Of a stretch of 64,000 nucleotides of DNA, positions 38,801 through 51,049 are shown one piece after another (the stretch's first letter is position 1; every line of letters starts with the position of its first letter). The position numbers were made by a program, and so were the translations under genes. The DNA is taken from the NCBI RefSeq assembly GCF_001194135.2, contig NC_069000.1:19015359-19079358 (forward strand). Direction: 5' to 3'. Origin of the DNA: Octopus bimaculoides. Taxonomy: Eukaryota. Below the pieces are notes generated by a model, which did not search any database, was not told where the DNA came from, and worked only from the letters and a program-made list of their open reading frames with translations.

Positions 38801-41800
38801 ATTCGTAGCAGTAATACATTGAGTGAAATGAAACCAATGATAATAATTTTATGTGCAAAATAAATATTTTTATTATCTATCATTCGTAATGAAATCAATA
38901 TTACAAATCAAACACTTAAAAGTAAAAACTAACACAGAAAACCAATCTTTTTAATATTAGGTTTAAAAAAAAAATATAATACCGAATCCTAACCGTAATT
39001 AATATCTCAATTCGTTATATATCTGAGCTTCATAAATATGTTTAAAAGAATTACTCAAGTCTTTAGAAAAAAAATATCAAGAAAAACATATTATAATTCA
39101 CATTAGCTCGCTTTTATTTAAATATTACACCATTATTTTATCACTATGTATGTTACCGATGAAGAAGACCGTTGTGTCTTCCTTTTTAAAAAAATGCTTT
39201 GACACGAATGTTATTGTATGTATGAGCAATAAGCTGTTCATTTATACTAGTCTTATCATGGACACAATAAATTCAGTATTTGATGAAATTTAATAATTAA
39301 AGTGACGATAAGAAATATATTTCTTCATATGAAAATACCTTTAAATACGCGCACACGCGAATTAATGTTATTGAGTAACGTTATCGATTTCCAAATTCAG
39401 ACAACGACAGGAAGTTGACAGTTCGTAAACAGAGTTATGTCCCTTCACTACTTAATTTTCTATTGTCTTCAATTTTTAGTGTACTATGATATGAAGTGAT
39501 AAAATTCATTTAGTGAAACAAGTATATTATTATAAACATACACACACACACACACACACATACACAAAATAAATGTCTCGTCGTGCCATTATCTGAATAT
39601 GAAATAAATTTCTATGTTACTAAATAAATAATTATATTGGCGCCAAGATTAAATACACAAAGAAAAATAAAAGTTCAAGTTTACTAGTATCGCATTTTTT
39701 TTTACCAAATTTTAATCCTATTATTTAAGTTAAAATTTGAAGGATATAAAAAGGTGAAAGATAAAATAGAGTCACTAATCTGATATAATTATGCAGACGA
39801 ACACGTGCTTATTTTATTTAAAAAGACAATATAATGCATTTTAGAAATACCTCTATACTTCTAAATAAACATTAAAGAATCGCAAACGCAATCAAACAAA
39901 TTATGAAAATTAGCAGTGGCACAATATTTTCTTTGGAGTTATGTCCCTTCTCAATTTTGACCCTGAAATATCTTAAAATAAATATTAAGGCTACTTGCAA
40001 GACAACGTCAGTGCACTAATTTATATATTCTCGACGAAATTAATTTGGTGACGTAAAAACAAAAACAGACAACCATACAGAAATAAAAGTTAACGCAACA
40101 GTGAAACAGTTAGTTAACCTTTGTGCTGGAAGCCAACTAATACCAGTGAAGAGCACATCAATGATTTTAAAATTCTCTGCAGAAATAACATGGGACTATC
40201 TGTAAAGTATAGATCAGCAAAAGCAAAACATGAACACAAGATCTACGAAAGAAAATTTTAGAAAAGTGAATTTAAATGAAAATCTAAAGAACAGAACAGT
40301 TAAGTAGTTTTAAAGGCTGGTGAAAATTCGAAAACAAAAACATACTACAAAAGTATAAGTAAATGACAAAAACATTTTGTAATGCAAATACCAGGAGGTC
40401 ATATAATATCAGTAGAGAGATGCTATTGAATATTTTATCAAGTAGTATTTTAGGAAAAGAAACATCTACAGGCAATCCTTTTCTGTACTACAGGCAATCA
40501 TTTTCTAAATCGACCCTACAAGCTAATGAAACACTTTTTCAGTGCTGTAAATGTTTACAGAAATAACTTTCTTGCCCAGTGGTAGTTATATAAACTGGAC
40601 TATCTTCGAGTGAAATAATTTAGTACAGACACATAGTGACACTATTTCTAATAACTCAACTTTCATTTTCCATTACAAATATTACATTTTTTTCAAAATA
40701 TGTTTACAACTGATCACTTAATTCAAAATCCAGATATAATTAATTAATCATTGTTATTTGAATCCTGTAGTAATTTATTATCCTTTTTCTTATTTATTTA
40801 ATTTTAGTTTTCCATGATAGAATGTATGGTACACTTGCATATTCTATCACAATTGTTTTCAAAGCTGAATCTGCTTATTATTACTTATTTGATTGTTAAA
40901 AAGTGTAACCTGTTTGTTAACCAGGCAGGCTGAAGCAAGCAGAGTTATGTGCCTTGTCCATAGTCCAGTAACATAGGAATATTAATTTATTGATTATTAT
41001 TTGGCATAAAGGAATGATGTACTTTAAGTGGACTAGTGTCATAAAGGCTGTCTTCAGAAGCAAATCACAGAAACATATTTAATGTTTGGCATAGTATTTC
41101 AATATCAAACAAATTCTACCAGTATGTTACAACCTTACATAATACAAAAATGTTATAGAATACATAATAATGAATTAGGATTTTAAAAGGATGGTCTAGT
41201 TTTTTTTTTGTTGTTTGCTCCTTTTGTTTAGTATGCATTTTTACACATTGGTAGCAAAAAAAAAAGATAAAACTGACAGATTTTGTATAGGTTATTGCAG
41301 TTGTAACCTACCCAAGCTATAACAAATATATCCCAAGATGGTATGGTAAAAGCTCTCAACAAGTGATTCTAGTATATTGGGGGGGGGGGGGACCAGCTTA
41401 TCCTATTTCCAAAGTTACAAAAAAAAAAGTTAATCATGGTAGTTTGAAACCAAAGTTTATGAATTACCAAAATTCAGTTTAGGGCTTCTTTCTTCATCTA
41501 ATATTATCTCTCTTAACAGTCAAATTTACCCCCAAGAATATGCTTATATAAGTAACCCATATTATGTCATTTTTATTTATTTTGTATCACAACTGACAAA
41601 CATTGTTGGTTGTGTTTGTTAAAAGTTTCCAACAGATCAATCACTGCATTTCTGATAGTCAAAGTGAGAAAGAGGTGTAATCTAGTGCAGAACAAATAGT
41701 AGATAGTTTTAATTTAAAAGCACCAGAATTTTGGTTTCCTTGTCAATGTTTACATCCTCCTCCAATAAACATTGACAAAAGACACACACACACGATGGTC

Positions 41801-41974
41801 TTCTGTAGTTTTTTGTAAACTGAATTTTACCCACAAGATACTGGTCCCAGGTTTATAGGTAAAAGACATCTGCTGAAAGTGCCATGCAAGGGGGATTAAA
41901 AACTCAACCTTCTTAACCACCCAACCATGACTGCACTCATAGTGCAAAATAAATTTTTTATTAATTAAGAACTA

Positions 41975-42170
41975 GCGAGCTAGCAGAACTGTTAGCATGT
42001 CAAACAAAATCCTTACTGGCATTTTGTCTGTTTTTACATTCTAAGTCTAGATTCCACTGTGGTTGACTTTCACTGCCATCCCTTCCAGGGTTGATAAAAT
42101 AAGTACCAGTTGAATATTGGGGTCAATATAGTTGACTTACCACTCTCACCCAAAATTACTGGCCTTGAAA
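41975..42170 (+). mobile_element. tRNA-derived SINE copy (array family)
   Basis: gagctagcagaactgttagc...aaataagtaccagttgaatattggggtcaat...ggccttg. Confidence 0.75.
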
Positions 42171-43649
42171 TCAATGTAGAATTTACCTGATAAGTTCCTT
42201 AAATTACTTCTCACTTGACAGGTCAATATTTTGTATTTTGGCTACCTGTAAATAAACAATTGTAATTGTAAATATTGGTTCAAAATAATTTTTCAGCAAA
42301 AATACAAATCTAAATTAATCTTTTGACTTAAAGTTTTTACAAAATGACATCAGAAACTACATAAAAGCAGATATTTTTTTAAATACTGAATCAATAAATT
42401 CATTTCACATAATGATAAAAAAAAAATCTCAAATGCACCCAAAATATGATAATTATGTTTACTTTCTTCATCATATCACAAGTAATGTTACATGTTATTT
42501 CAATGAAATTTATACATATATCTCTCATATATATTAAATTTTAATTGTCATCTAAAAAGCAATTTTAAATATGAAAAATATATAAATTCAAATAGATGGA
42601 TTTTAGTAAAAATTAATTTCAGTTTCAGCACAAGCAATTTAAGGTTTGCAATTCAGCTTTTAAATTCAAGAATTTTCTTATTTTCAAGTATACATTTTAA
42701 TCAATTTTTCATATCATCTTATCAAATATTCACTATTGCTAAATGAGATATTTCAGACATATACTGTTAAATCTTTCAAATGTTATATATAGTGTATTCT
42801 TTAGTCAAGTTCAGAAATTTATAACCTGCATCATAATTGTTAACATTTGTTTTATCATGCTGACATCAATCAAAAAGGTCAACAACACATCTCTCTCTAT
42901 ATGTCTCAATCTAGTCATTTTATGTGTGAAACTCAAGCAGATTTAGCATCTCTTCACATTTTCCTATAACTTCTACTATCACCGGTACTCTCAGCTAACA
43001 CATTTATCTATATTCTAACATCAATCTGCATTACCTATTTACACTGCATCTCTGTGTGACTCTTTCTATCCATATTATTTCCACAACCAGTAATATACTT
43101 TAGCCTCATCTAGTTAATCCTATCCTAGATTGTTCAGATGAAGTTATAGGGAGAATACCATTCAGACTAATAGAAAAACTCCTCTCCTGTATATATTAAT
43201 GTTTTCTCAAAAACATCTCTCTCTCTCTCACACACACAAATTCTTCATCAATTGCTGCAGATAAACTGTAGATATCTTATGCATGCATCTTAGTCCACTT
43301 TTATTGAAGACGTTTTGTAGCCAAGATAGCAAATCTCGTATCTTCTTTTCCCACCAAATTTGCAATGTAACTACCCTAAACACTTTTCACAAACAATAAT
43401 TATATTTTCTAAATCAAAATGGTTTGCAATAAGTATAAAAGAATCAAAAGCCCCAAATGTGATGAGTAAGTGAATGTGTGTATGTATATATGTACACCCA
43501 TGTGTTTATTTATTGTATTAAATTGATTTGAGAGTTATTTAATATGCTCATATTGTAGCTCATACAAAAGAGATAACCGTGGACAAGAAAAGTGAGCCAA
43601 ATATTGTATTACAAGTAACATAATGGTTAACTAATATATATATTCATTA

Positions 43650-44045
43650 GTACTCTTTTACTTGTTTCAATCATTTGACTGCAGCCATGCTGGAGCACCG
43701 CCTTTAGGCGAGCAAATCAACCCCAGGACTTATACTTTGGCAGCCTAGTACTTATTCTATCGGCCTATTTTGCCGAACCACTAAGTTACGGGGACGTAAA
43801 CACACCACCATCGGTTGTCAAGCGATGCTGGGGAAACACACAGACACACACACATACATATATATGTATATACATATATATGACAGGCTTCTTTCAGTTT
43901 CCGTCTACCAAATCCACTCACAAGGCAATGGTCGGCCCGAGGCTATAGTAGAAGACACTTGCCCAAGGTACCACGCAGTGGGAATGAACCCAGAACCATG
44001 TGATTTGTAAGCAAGCTACTTACCACACAGCCACTTCTGTGCCTA
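43650..44045 (-). mobile_element. Well-preserved tRNA/CORE-type octopus SINE
   Basis: The reverse strand reads gtggctgtgtggtaagtagcttgc...actgcgtggtaccttgggcaagtgtcttctactatagcctcggg...ggtggagtttacgtccccgtaacttagtgg-like body...aaacaagtaaaagagta. Confidence 0.85.
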
Positions 44046-45835
44046 GTACAGCAATGATACAAAAATAAAATTCTGTGAGTTAACATGTATGTACACATAT
44101 TTTCACCTTTTAATCTTGCATAATCAAGCAAGTAGTTGACTATATCTGGCATGAAAATCTCACTAAACTCCCTGCCTTTGGTTCTAGCCTTTATGATGTA
44201 TTCTAAAGCTTGATTATATCACTCATGCTTTTCTTCCTGCAGATGCAACCTATTTCACATCACCTCCAACAATGATAATGCTTATGCAGATAATACCATT
44301 TTTCACTCTTCCATAACCTTCTGCATATGCAACTAAGACATCTCGCATCAAACCCTCACTGTTGCCATGAACAGAAACCTTAAAAACACTCTTCAACAGA
44401 AAAAGGTCTCAGTGACACAATCAATGCACATATCAAAGTAACTAACTGCTGTCTGACTCTCTCAAGTTACGTACAGCAAGACTTCATAGACATTTGTGAT
44501 CTCTTCTGGCAATCTCAAATTCATAACATCAAAAACTGTATTCCAAAATGTAGCCTTCTAAGTCAATAAATATTTCTATCACTACAACTTCTATCCCACA
44601 AATGTAATAACTCTTCATTCTGTTTTTTTCTTCTGCTACTATAATGGGCTTTACTCCCCAGGGGTAGCTATTTACATAACACTTCCATTTAACATACCAA
44701 TTGTTCACTCATTCTATCTCCACTCCCAAGTTTTGTACTAATGATTATGCTGATCCCTCCTTCTTGAGATTTCTCTTCTTTGGAGTACCTTTCCAACATA
44801 TGTCCACTGGCAGGTATTTAACCTGAATATCCACTTAATCAGACCTGTGAGCATCATAGGCACAGACCCTTACTCCAGTCCAAGACCATTTTAAAACCAA
44901 ACTTTAAAAAGTGATGGGCATAGAGTGCTAGTATGGCTGAGATGATTTGAGGAAGCTTTTACAGTTATATAATTAGAGCAACAGTCTAAATAAGTATGGT
45001 AATATGGTCAGCAGTCCTAAAACTTTGACCTTACAATAACTGCTTTTCACACATTTTAACATCATACAAATACATACGTATAAAGTTTAACAGTTACCTT
45101 ATACAGAAATCTATCTCATTATCTTAGAATTTGATAACTTTATTCTAGTCTCTCAAGATTAGATTAAATGGTAACAAACTGAACTGTAAATTGGTTTAGA
45201 AACATACAACATTGTCTCATTTCAATAAACATTCATGAATTCTTTCCTGTGCATTCCAAAAAGAACTGAAGACATATTCATAGTGAAGGAGATCTGAATA
45301 AATTAGTATAAAGTAAAGCATTTCAAAGATGTACTCAACTCTTGAAAAAGAAAGGAGGTGTTTAGACTTCAAGTAGAAGAGAGAATGAATTCTAAAGCAC
45401 TTGCAATAAAGATAAAACAAAATTACAGCTACTGACTGAGAGTTATGGTGAGAGAGGTGGTTAATTGCTTTTTGGCAAGAGTAATGTTATGTGTAACGTC
45501 AATATTCTAAACTGATATAAATTGAAACTTTGTAGAAATATAAAAACTACTCTGAGATAAATTATCTTAACCTGTTAGGAGAACAATGACTGCTATAGCC
45601 TAGAAGTAAGCCACTAGCTTGCTTAAAGGCAAACCTGTTTCAAGTTGAAGCTATAGCAACTTCACTTAACTTATATCACATATGAATTTGAAAAAGCATA
45701 AACACCACAACTCACATTTCTCATTGACTCTAAGTCAACAGATGCTTTGAATACAGAAGAAGAAAAATTATTAAACCTGCATAAAATGATCCAATAAAAA
45801 GGCACAGAAATACAATTATTAAATGTCTCCTAACT

Positions 45836-46085
45836 TTATTTACATTATTTACAATTGACGGATATTTGTCCTCATCTTGTTTGTTGTTAACACAACGTTT
45901 CAGCTGATATACCCTCCAGCCTTCATCAGGTGTCTTGGGGAAATTTCGAACCTGAGTTCTCATTCCTAAGGTATTTTTCGATGTTGTTGTTATTATTATT
46001 ATTATTATTATTCAGGTCACTGCTTGGAATTGAACTCGGAATCTTGGAGTTAGTAGCCCACGCTCTTAACCACTACGCCATATGC
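45836..46085 (-). mobile_element. tRNA-headed short element with a Penelope-like tail carrying a minimal hammerhead motif
   Basis: A box TGGCGTAGTGG and B box GAGTTCAATTCC, then (AAT)n, then GACAC-CTGATGA-AGGCTG..CAGCT-GAAAC-GTT-GTGTT. Confidence 0.7.
45890..45934 (-). ncRNA. Minimal type I hammerhead ribozyme-like motif
   Basis: Core CUGAUGA and GAAA. Stem I GACAC/GUGUU, stem II GGCUG/CAGCU, loopless palindromic stem III (AACGUU), and a GUU cleavage triplet. There is one extra A after the core. Confidence 0.55.
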
Positions 46086-46799
46086 TACTAACCCCAAGAT
46101 TCCAAGTTCGATTCCAGGCAGTGAGCTGAATAATAACAACAACATCGAAACAAGTAAAAGAATAAACCAAGCTAAATTTCTTCAATACATCAGGTAAACT
46201 TATGGGTGTTTTCAAGACAATAGAGAATGTCTATGTGAACAATTAGTCTGTGAAAAATAGCAACCAAATCTCTTATTTTACTGATTTTTTTATACCATAG
46301 ATCTGCTCAATCAGAGCTAATGCATATATGAAAATTAGCAAGAAATTATAGGATCCAAAGATGACATTTACATCTGAAAATATATGGTATGAGAAAGGAA
46401 AATACACCACTACATAATCAAATTTCCATAAATGATAGAGAAACAATACAAAATACTCGTGGATAATCTAATGAGTAAGTTCAGCCTTTGACATCAACTT
46501 AAAATGTTCCCTTGGTGATCAGGAATCAAACCAGTTAAAATATAGAGCAGTTAAACATATACTTGAAATATGAAAACTATAGTCATAATAACAATTCATC
46601 TTAGACATTTAAAGCAACACAATTATTGAATCAGTGTCTAAAGTATTTTATCTAGATATTCACAAGATTTTAATGTCAACTTTTCCATGCTTGCCTGGGT
46701 CAAACAGAATTCATTTAAGTAGAATTTTCCTTTGGCCAGATATTTTCACAGAAGAGAAATACACACACACAAGTACATATATATGCATAAATATATCAA

Positions 46800-47085
46800 G
46801 AGAGTGGTTTAGTGGTTAGGGTGTTGCAATCACAATCACTAGATTGTAATTTAAATTCCTAGACCATGTGGTACATTACATTCTTGAGCAAAACACTTCA
46901 TCTCATGTTGCTCTGTGATCACTTTGACACCTGACATATGGTACACAGTGTACTTGTTCAGACAATGTCGATTTAATGGAGAGAGTGAGCTAATGTATGG
47001 CATCAACATTTGATCACTATAAACAAATCTTTTGTGCAAATCGTTCAAGAAAAGCTGAGCACCCATATGTTGTCTTTGACAGGAG
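46800..47085 (+). mobile_element. Diverged tRNA-derived SINE (different body)
   Basis: gtggtttagtggttagggtgtt head and cttgagcaaaacacttcatctc CORE-like segment. Confidence 0.55.
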
Positions 47086-47607
47086 AATCCATCATGTGAG
47101 TGTGTGTGTCTATGTATTATATATATATATATATATATATTATATGATAGACTTTTTCAATTTCCATCTACCAAATACACACACCCATGTAACATATATG
47201 CATACATGTAAAATGTGTATATGCAGACATGGTTTCATGATCATGGAGGCATAGCTGTGTGGATGAGAACTTTGATTCCCAGTCATATAATTTCCTGTTC
47301 AGTCCTACTGCATAGCATTTGGGCCAACCAAAGATGTATGAGTGGATTTGGTGGATGGAAATTCAAAAGGTGTGTGTGCGTGAGTTTACATTTCCAATCG
47401 TTTCACTGAAAATTGCAACATATAAGTGGCGTTGTCAGTTCCCCTGTCAACAAGCCATCCCCTTACTTCATGCCTTCAAAGCCACATGAAGTAAGAGATC
47501 ATTTAGTTTAAAAACAGGTAAAGATTAGCAATAGAAAGGTTATGAAACAATGTCTCAATAATATATTCATCCAACTCAAACAAAATGATATTATGTATGT
47601 ATGTATG

Positions 47608-47666
<59 letters not shown>

Positions 47667-49096
47667 AGAGAGGGAGAGAGATTATAAATATCAACAATAT
47701 GGCAGGGGGAAATACTTCTAGGGGGCATTCTGTATAGTAAATTAAAATCTTGTAGTCTCTATGTGTAATAATAGTGAGTTGAAAACTTTGATCTATTAGG
47801 ATTATCCAAGCAATTAAGGCAAAATTTCCTTGACAAGATGTTTAAAATTGAAAAACAAGCAGGAAGGTAGCTCCAATATGACCAGTTGACCATTCTTAAT
47901 AGGTGATTAGTCACAATTTCCAGTTTCTTAATTTCACAAAATATCAGTTAGGAATCTTGAAGTTTAATTTCAAACCATACTCATGTTTCTCTTCAATTTA
48001 AATATTTTTATCACATCATACTTCCCATTCTGTTTCAAAACATTTGAGGAATCTTTTGTCGAGATATCTTCCATCTAGCTGTACCTAACTTTCTACATAT
48101 TTATAGTTTTCCTAAATTTAATTCCTTTAGAACAAATGATTTTGGTGCATTTCCAGAAGTTTAAATTTTATTGGTTTCTATTTCAGTAGGAATCATTCAC
48201 TGCAATTGTCAACTTAAAATTTAACCTTCTGTCACAAGTTTGCAAGCTAAGCATTAATCATAATGTATAAGGGGGGGGGGGACTCAGTTAATGATAAAAA
48301 CTAATGGAACCCGTAAGGAATAAAATACTTTGTTAGATTATAAAATAAAAAATCAATTTTGAATGTACCATCATACAAAACTAAAATTTCTACTCAGTGA
48401 AAACCTTGAATAGAACCTATAGTATGACCAAATAATCACAGATTTTGAATTAATGATACAGTAAGAGTGATTAATGAAAGTATAGAAGAAATGTTAATTG
48501 CAAATGTATACAAAAAGAATGCCAAAAAATCTTTCTCAAATTCATGAGAAGAGGAAATAAAGTGCTAAAAATAGAGAAAAATGTAAAACAAACTGTTTCA
48601 GTGAAAATTAAAGAAATTATTATTCTCTGTGTCTTGCATTTAATTAACACTTCAGCAAGTTATGAGTTGTTGAATAGATACAGTGGACTTCTTGAATAGA
48701 CTTTCAGTATAGTAGTAAGTAACTGCAAGAATCATTTTAATACTCTACCATTTAGGAATAAACACACACTCCCAAGTTGACTTTTTTATTTTATTAGAAG
48801 AGTGTTAATCCTCCAATAACAAGTGCAGTAACTATTTAGATACTCCCTCAATAAAAAAGTTATTATGCATTCATTAAAGCAAATGTGGTATACTTGATGA
48901 AAAAAAATATAATAAAACAAAGAAAACAATTGTATAAAGCATATCAAAATATAGCTATAGTATAAATCAGGTGTTGTTCTACAGTTTGATATGAAAACTG
49001 GAGTGATAGGCCTAATGTGAAGCTTGGTTTAACACCACAAACTAGTCCTTTAGAAGAGTCTACTCTGTGGCAATTATGTGAACCAATTCTCTAGTC

Positions 49097-49242
49097 CAGG
49101 TATGAGCAACATTTTACAAGAAGTGGGTTGCATAAAACATGGCTCATTATCAGACAGGCCAAATTATCAACAAAAGAGAAGGTAATTTTTCACTAGGTGT
49201 GCCATTCAGAAACTCCCGCAGGCCACTGGTTGCCCATGACTA
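49097..49242. mobile_element. 146-bp hAT/Charlie-like MITE
   Basis: Imperfect TIRs CAGGTATGAGCAAC / GTTGCCCATGACTA. The 8-bp flanks CTCTAGTC / CTCTAGCT match each other at 6/8 and fit the NTCTAGAN target consensus of Charlie elements. Confidence 0.75.
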
Positions 49243-49699
49243 CTCTAGCTTGAAGATAACTCAATATCTTGATATGCTGCTTCAATATATCAAGTTATCT
49301 TCCCTTTCCCACAAGTCTTGGAGAAGCTACAAAAAATAAAATCATCACTAATGTTTCTCCTCTGATCTAAATCTTGGTAAAAGAAGATAACTGCAAGGTA
49401 AGTATAGTATAAATCATTTACCAAGTCCAAGAAATCAATGGTTTATAACAAATGTTATGCAAAGGTAAGTTTTCAAAATATCATATTATTTTAGATGGAG
49501 TAACAAATAACTGTCCATGTCTTGCCAATTACTAACCTTTTAATGAACAAATTTCTAATAGATGAGAACTTTCAAAATCAAATTTAGAACTTTGATAAAA
49601 CACACTATGTTTCTTTAATGAACTAATGCTTGAAACTCAACACACACACACACACACACACAGTCAGGTTAACAAAATGAACAGTCTCATGCAAACTGC

Positions 49700-50457
49700 A
49701 ATATAAAAGATCAGAGTGATATTGTATATTGAAACAGAAAGGATATATACTTCTTGTGGTAGAGGAATTCAGAAAGGCAGACAAATTGCAAATCCCTTCA
49801 GGTAGATGACCCTCCTCAATCTGTAGAAAAGGAGTAGGTAGAAACTCCATAAGATGCACCCAGTGTAAGCTTTGGACACATAAAAGGTGCAGCAACATCA
49901 GAGGATGGTTAACAGGGAAACTAACTTTTGTATGTAGAAGGTGCACAGGTACAATAAACACTGAAAATAGACTCCATCAACTACCAAGGGGCAAGCTAGA
50001 GGTAGTAGATAGCTTCTGCTATCTAGGCGACCAAGTTAGTAGTGCAGGTGGATGCTCCAAGAGCATAGCTATGAGAATAAGATTAGGCTGGGCAAAGTTC
50101 AGAGAGCTCCTACCTCTGCTGGCAACAAAGGGCCTCTCTCTCAGAGTGAAAGGCAGATTGTTTGATGTGAACAGCCATGCTGCATGGCAGTGAAACATGG
50201 ATTATGACAGTGGAGGACATGCGTAGACTTAACAGAGAAAATTTAGGCATAAGAGGAATCAGATATGGTGTGCAAGAAAGACAACTATGCTGGTATGGTC
50301 ATGTGATGTGCATGGACGAGGACAGCCTTGTAAAGAAGTGCTGATCTCTAACTGTGAAGGGAAACTGTGGTAGAGGTAGACCCAGGACGACATGGGACGA
50401 GGTGGTGAAGCATGATCTTCAAACTTTGAGCTTTACAGAGGCAATGACTGGTGACAT
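49700..50457 (+). mobile_element. RTE-clade LINE fragment (post-RT C-terminal region)
   Basis: SICRKGVGRNSIRCTQCKLWTHKRCSNI (Cys-rich insert), LEVVDSFCYLGD, RIRLGWAKFRELLPLL and GRGRPRTTWDEVVKHDL. Stops and deletions present. Confidence 0.9.
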
Positions 50458-50590
50458 TCAGAGTAGACCTCACACATGGTTCCAGCAAGATGGGGCAACT
50501 GCTCATAGCACTAGAGAAATAATGCAGTTGCTGAAGCAGTGCTTTGGATAGAGAATAATCTCCTGCAACAGCAATGTCAATTGGGCCTGT
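50458..50590 (+). mobile_element. Tc1/mariner-superfamily transposase fragment (second catalytic Asp region)
   Basis: TWFQQDGATAHSTREIMQLLKQCFG*RIIS...NW. Confidence 0.75.
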
Positions 50591-51049
50591 CTGTAATGAA
50601 ACCAAAGGAAATTGAAACAGAGCACTACTTCTCCAAATCGTTATTGTATGGTGTTTATGAAAACAAATGTCCACTGATAGTGAGAGCTATGAAGTTGTGT
50701 CAAGGAAAACAAGAAAACTCAAGAGAAAAAGATTACAACTACAACAAAATTGCGTTTGCTGTTTGGTTACCCTAGTGGTAACAGGACAAGTACTTTGGTT
50801 GAGAATTCTGACATAAAGAATAAAAAATTTCTCAATGTTTGAAGAATTCCTTTCCACTTGTGATATTTACCAGAGATACAGGCATGAATAGGCAGAAGCA
50901 TGTCTGTGGTGTTAAGACGTTTATTTCTTAATTGCAGGGTTTCAGATTCAGTCCCATGATACGAGTATAGTTGGGGTAGCGAAAGAGTCCAAGTTTACTG
51001 ACTGCTGAACAACTTTGTGGGGAGTCTCCATGACTGAGACCATCATGAA

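Noticed and set aside
46060-46085. tRNA gene call for the A/B-box sequence
   Set aside because: No complete cloverleaf or acceptor stem, and it continues into a repeat body, so it is a SINE head.
49340-49403. Consensus plus-strand donors (CAAG|GTAAGT here, also near 7053, 10828 and 37323)
   Set aside because: They are isolated sites with no coherent plus-strand exon chain, and this number is expected by chance in 64 kb.
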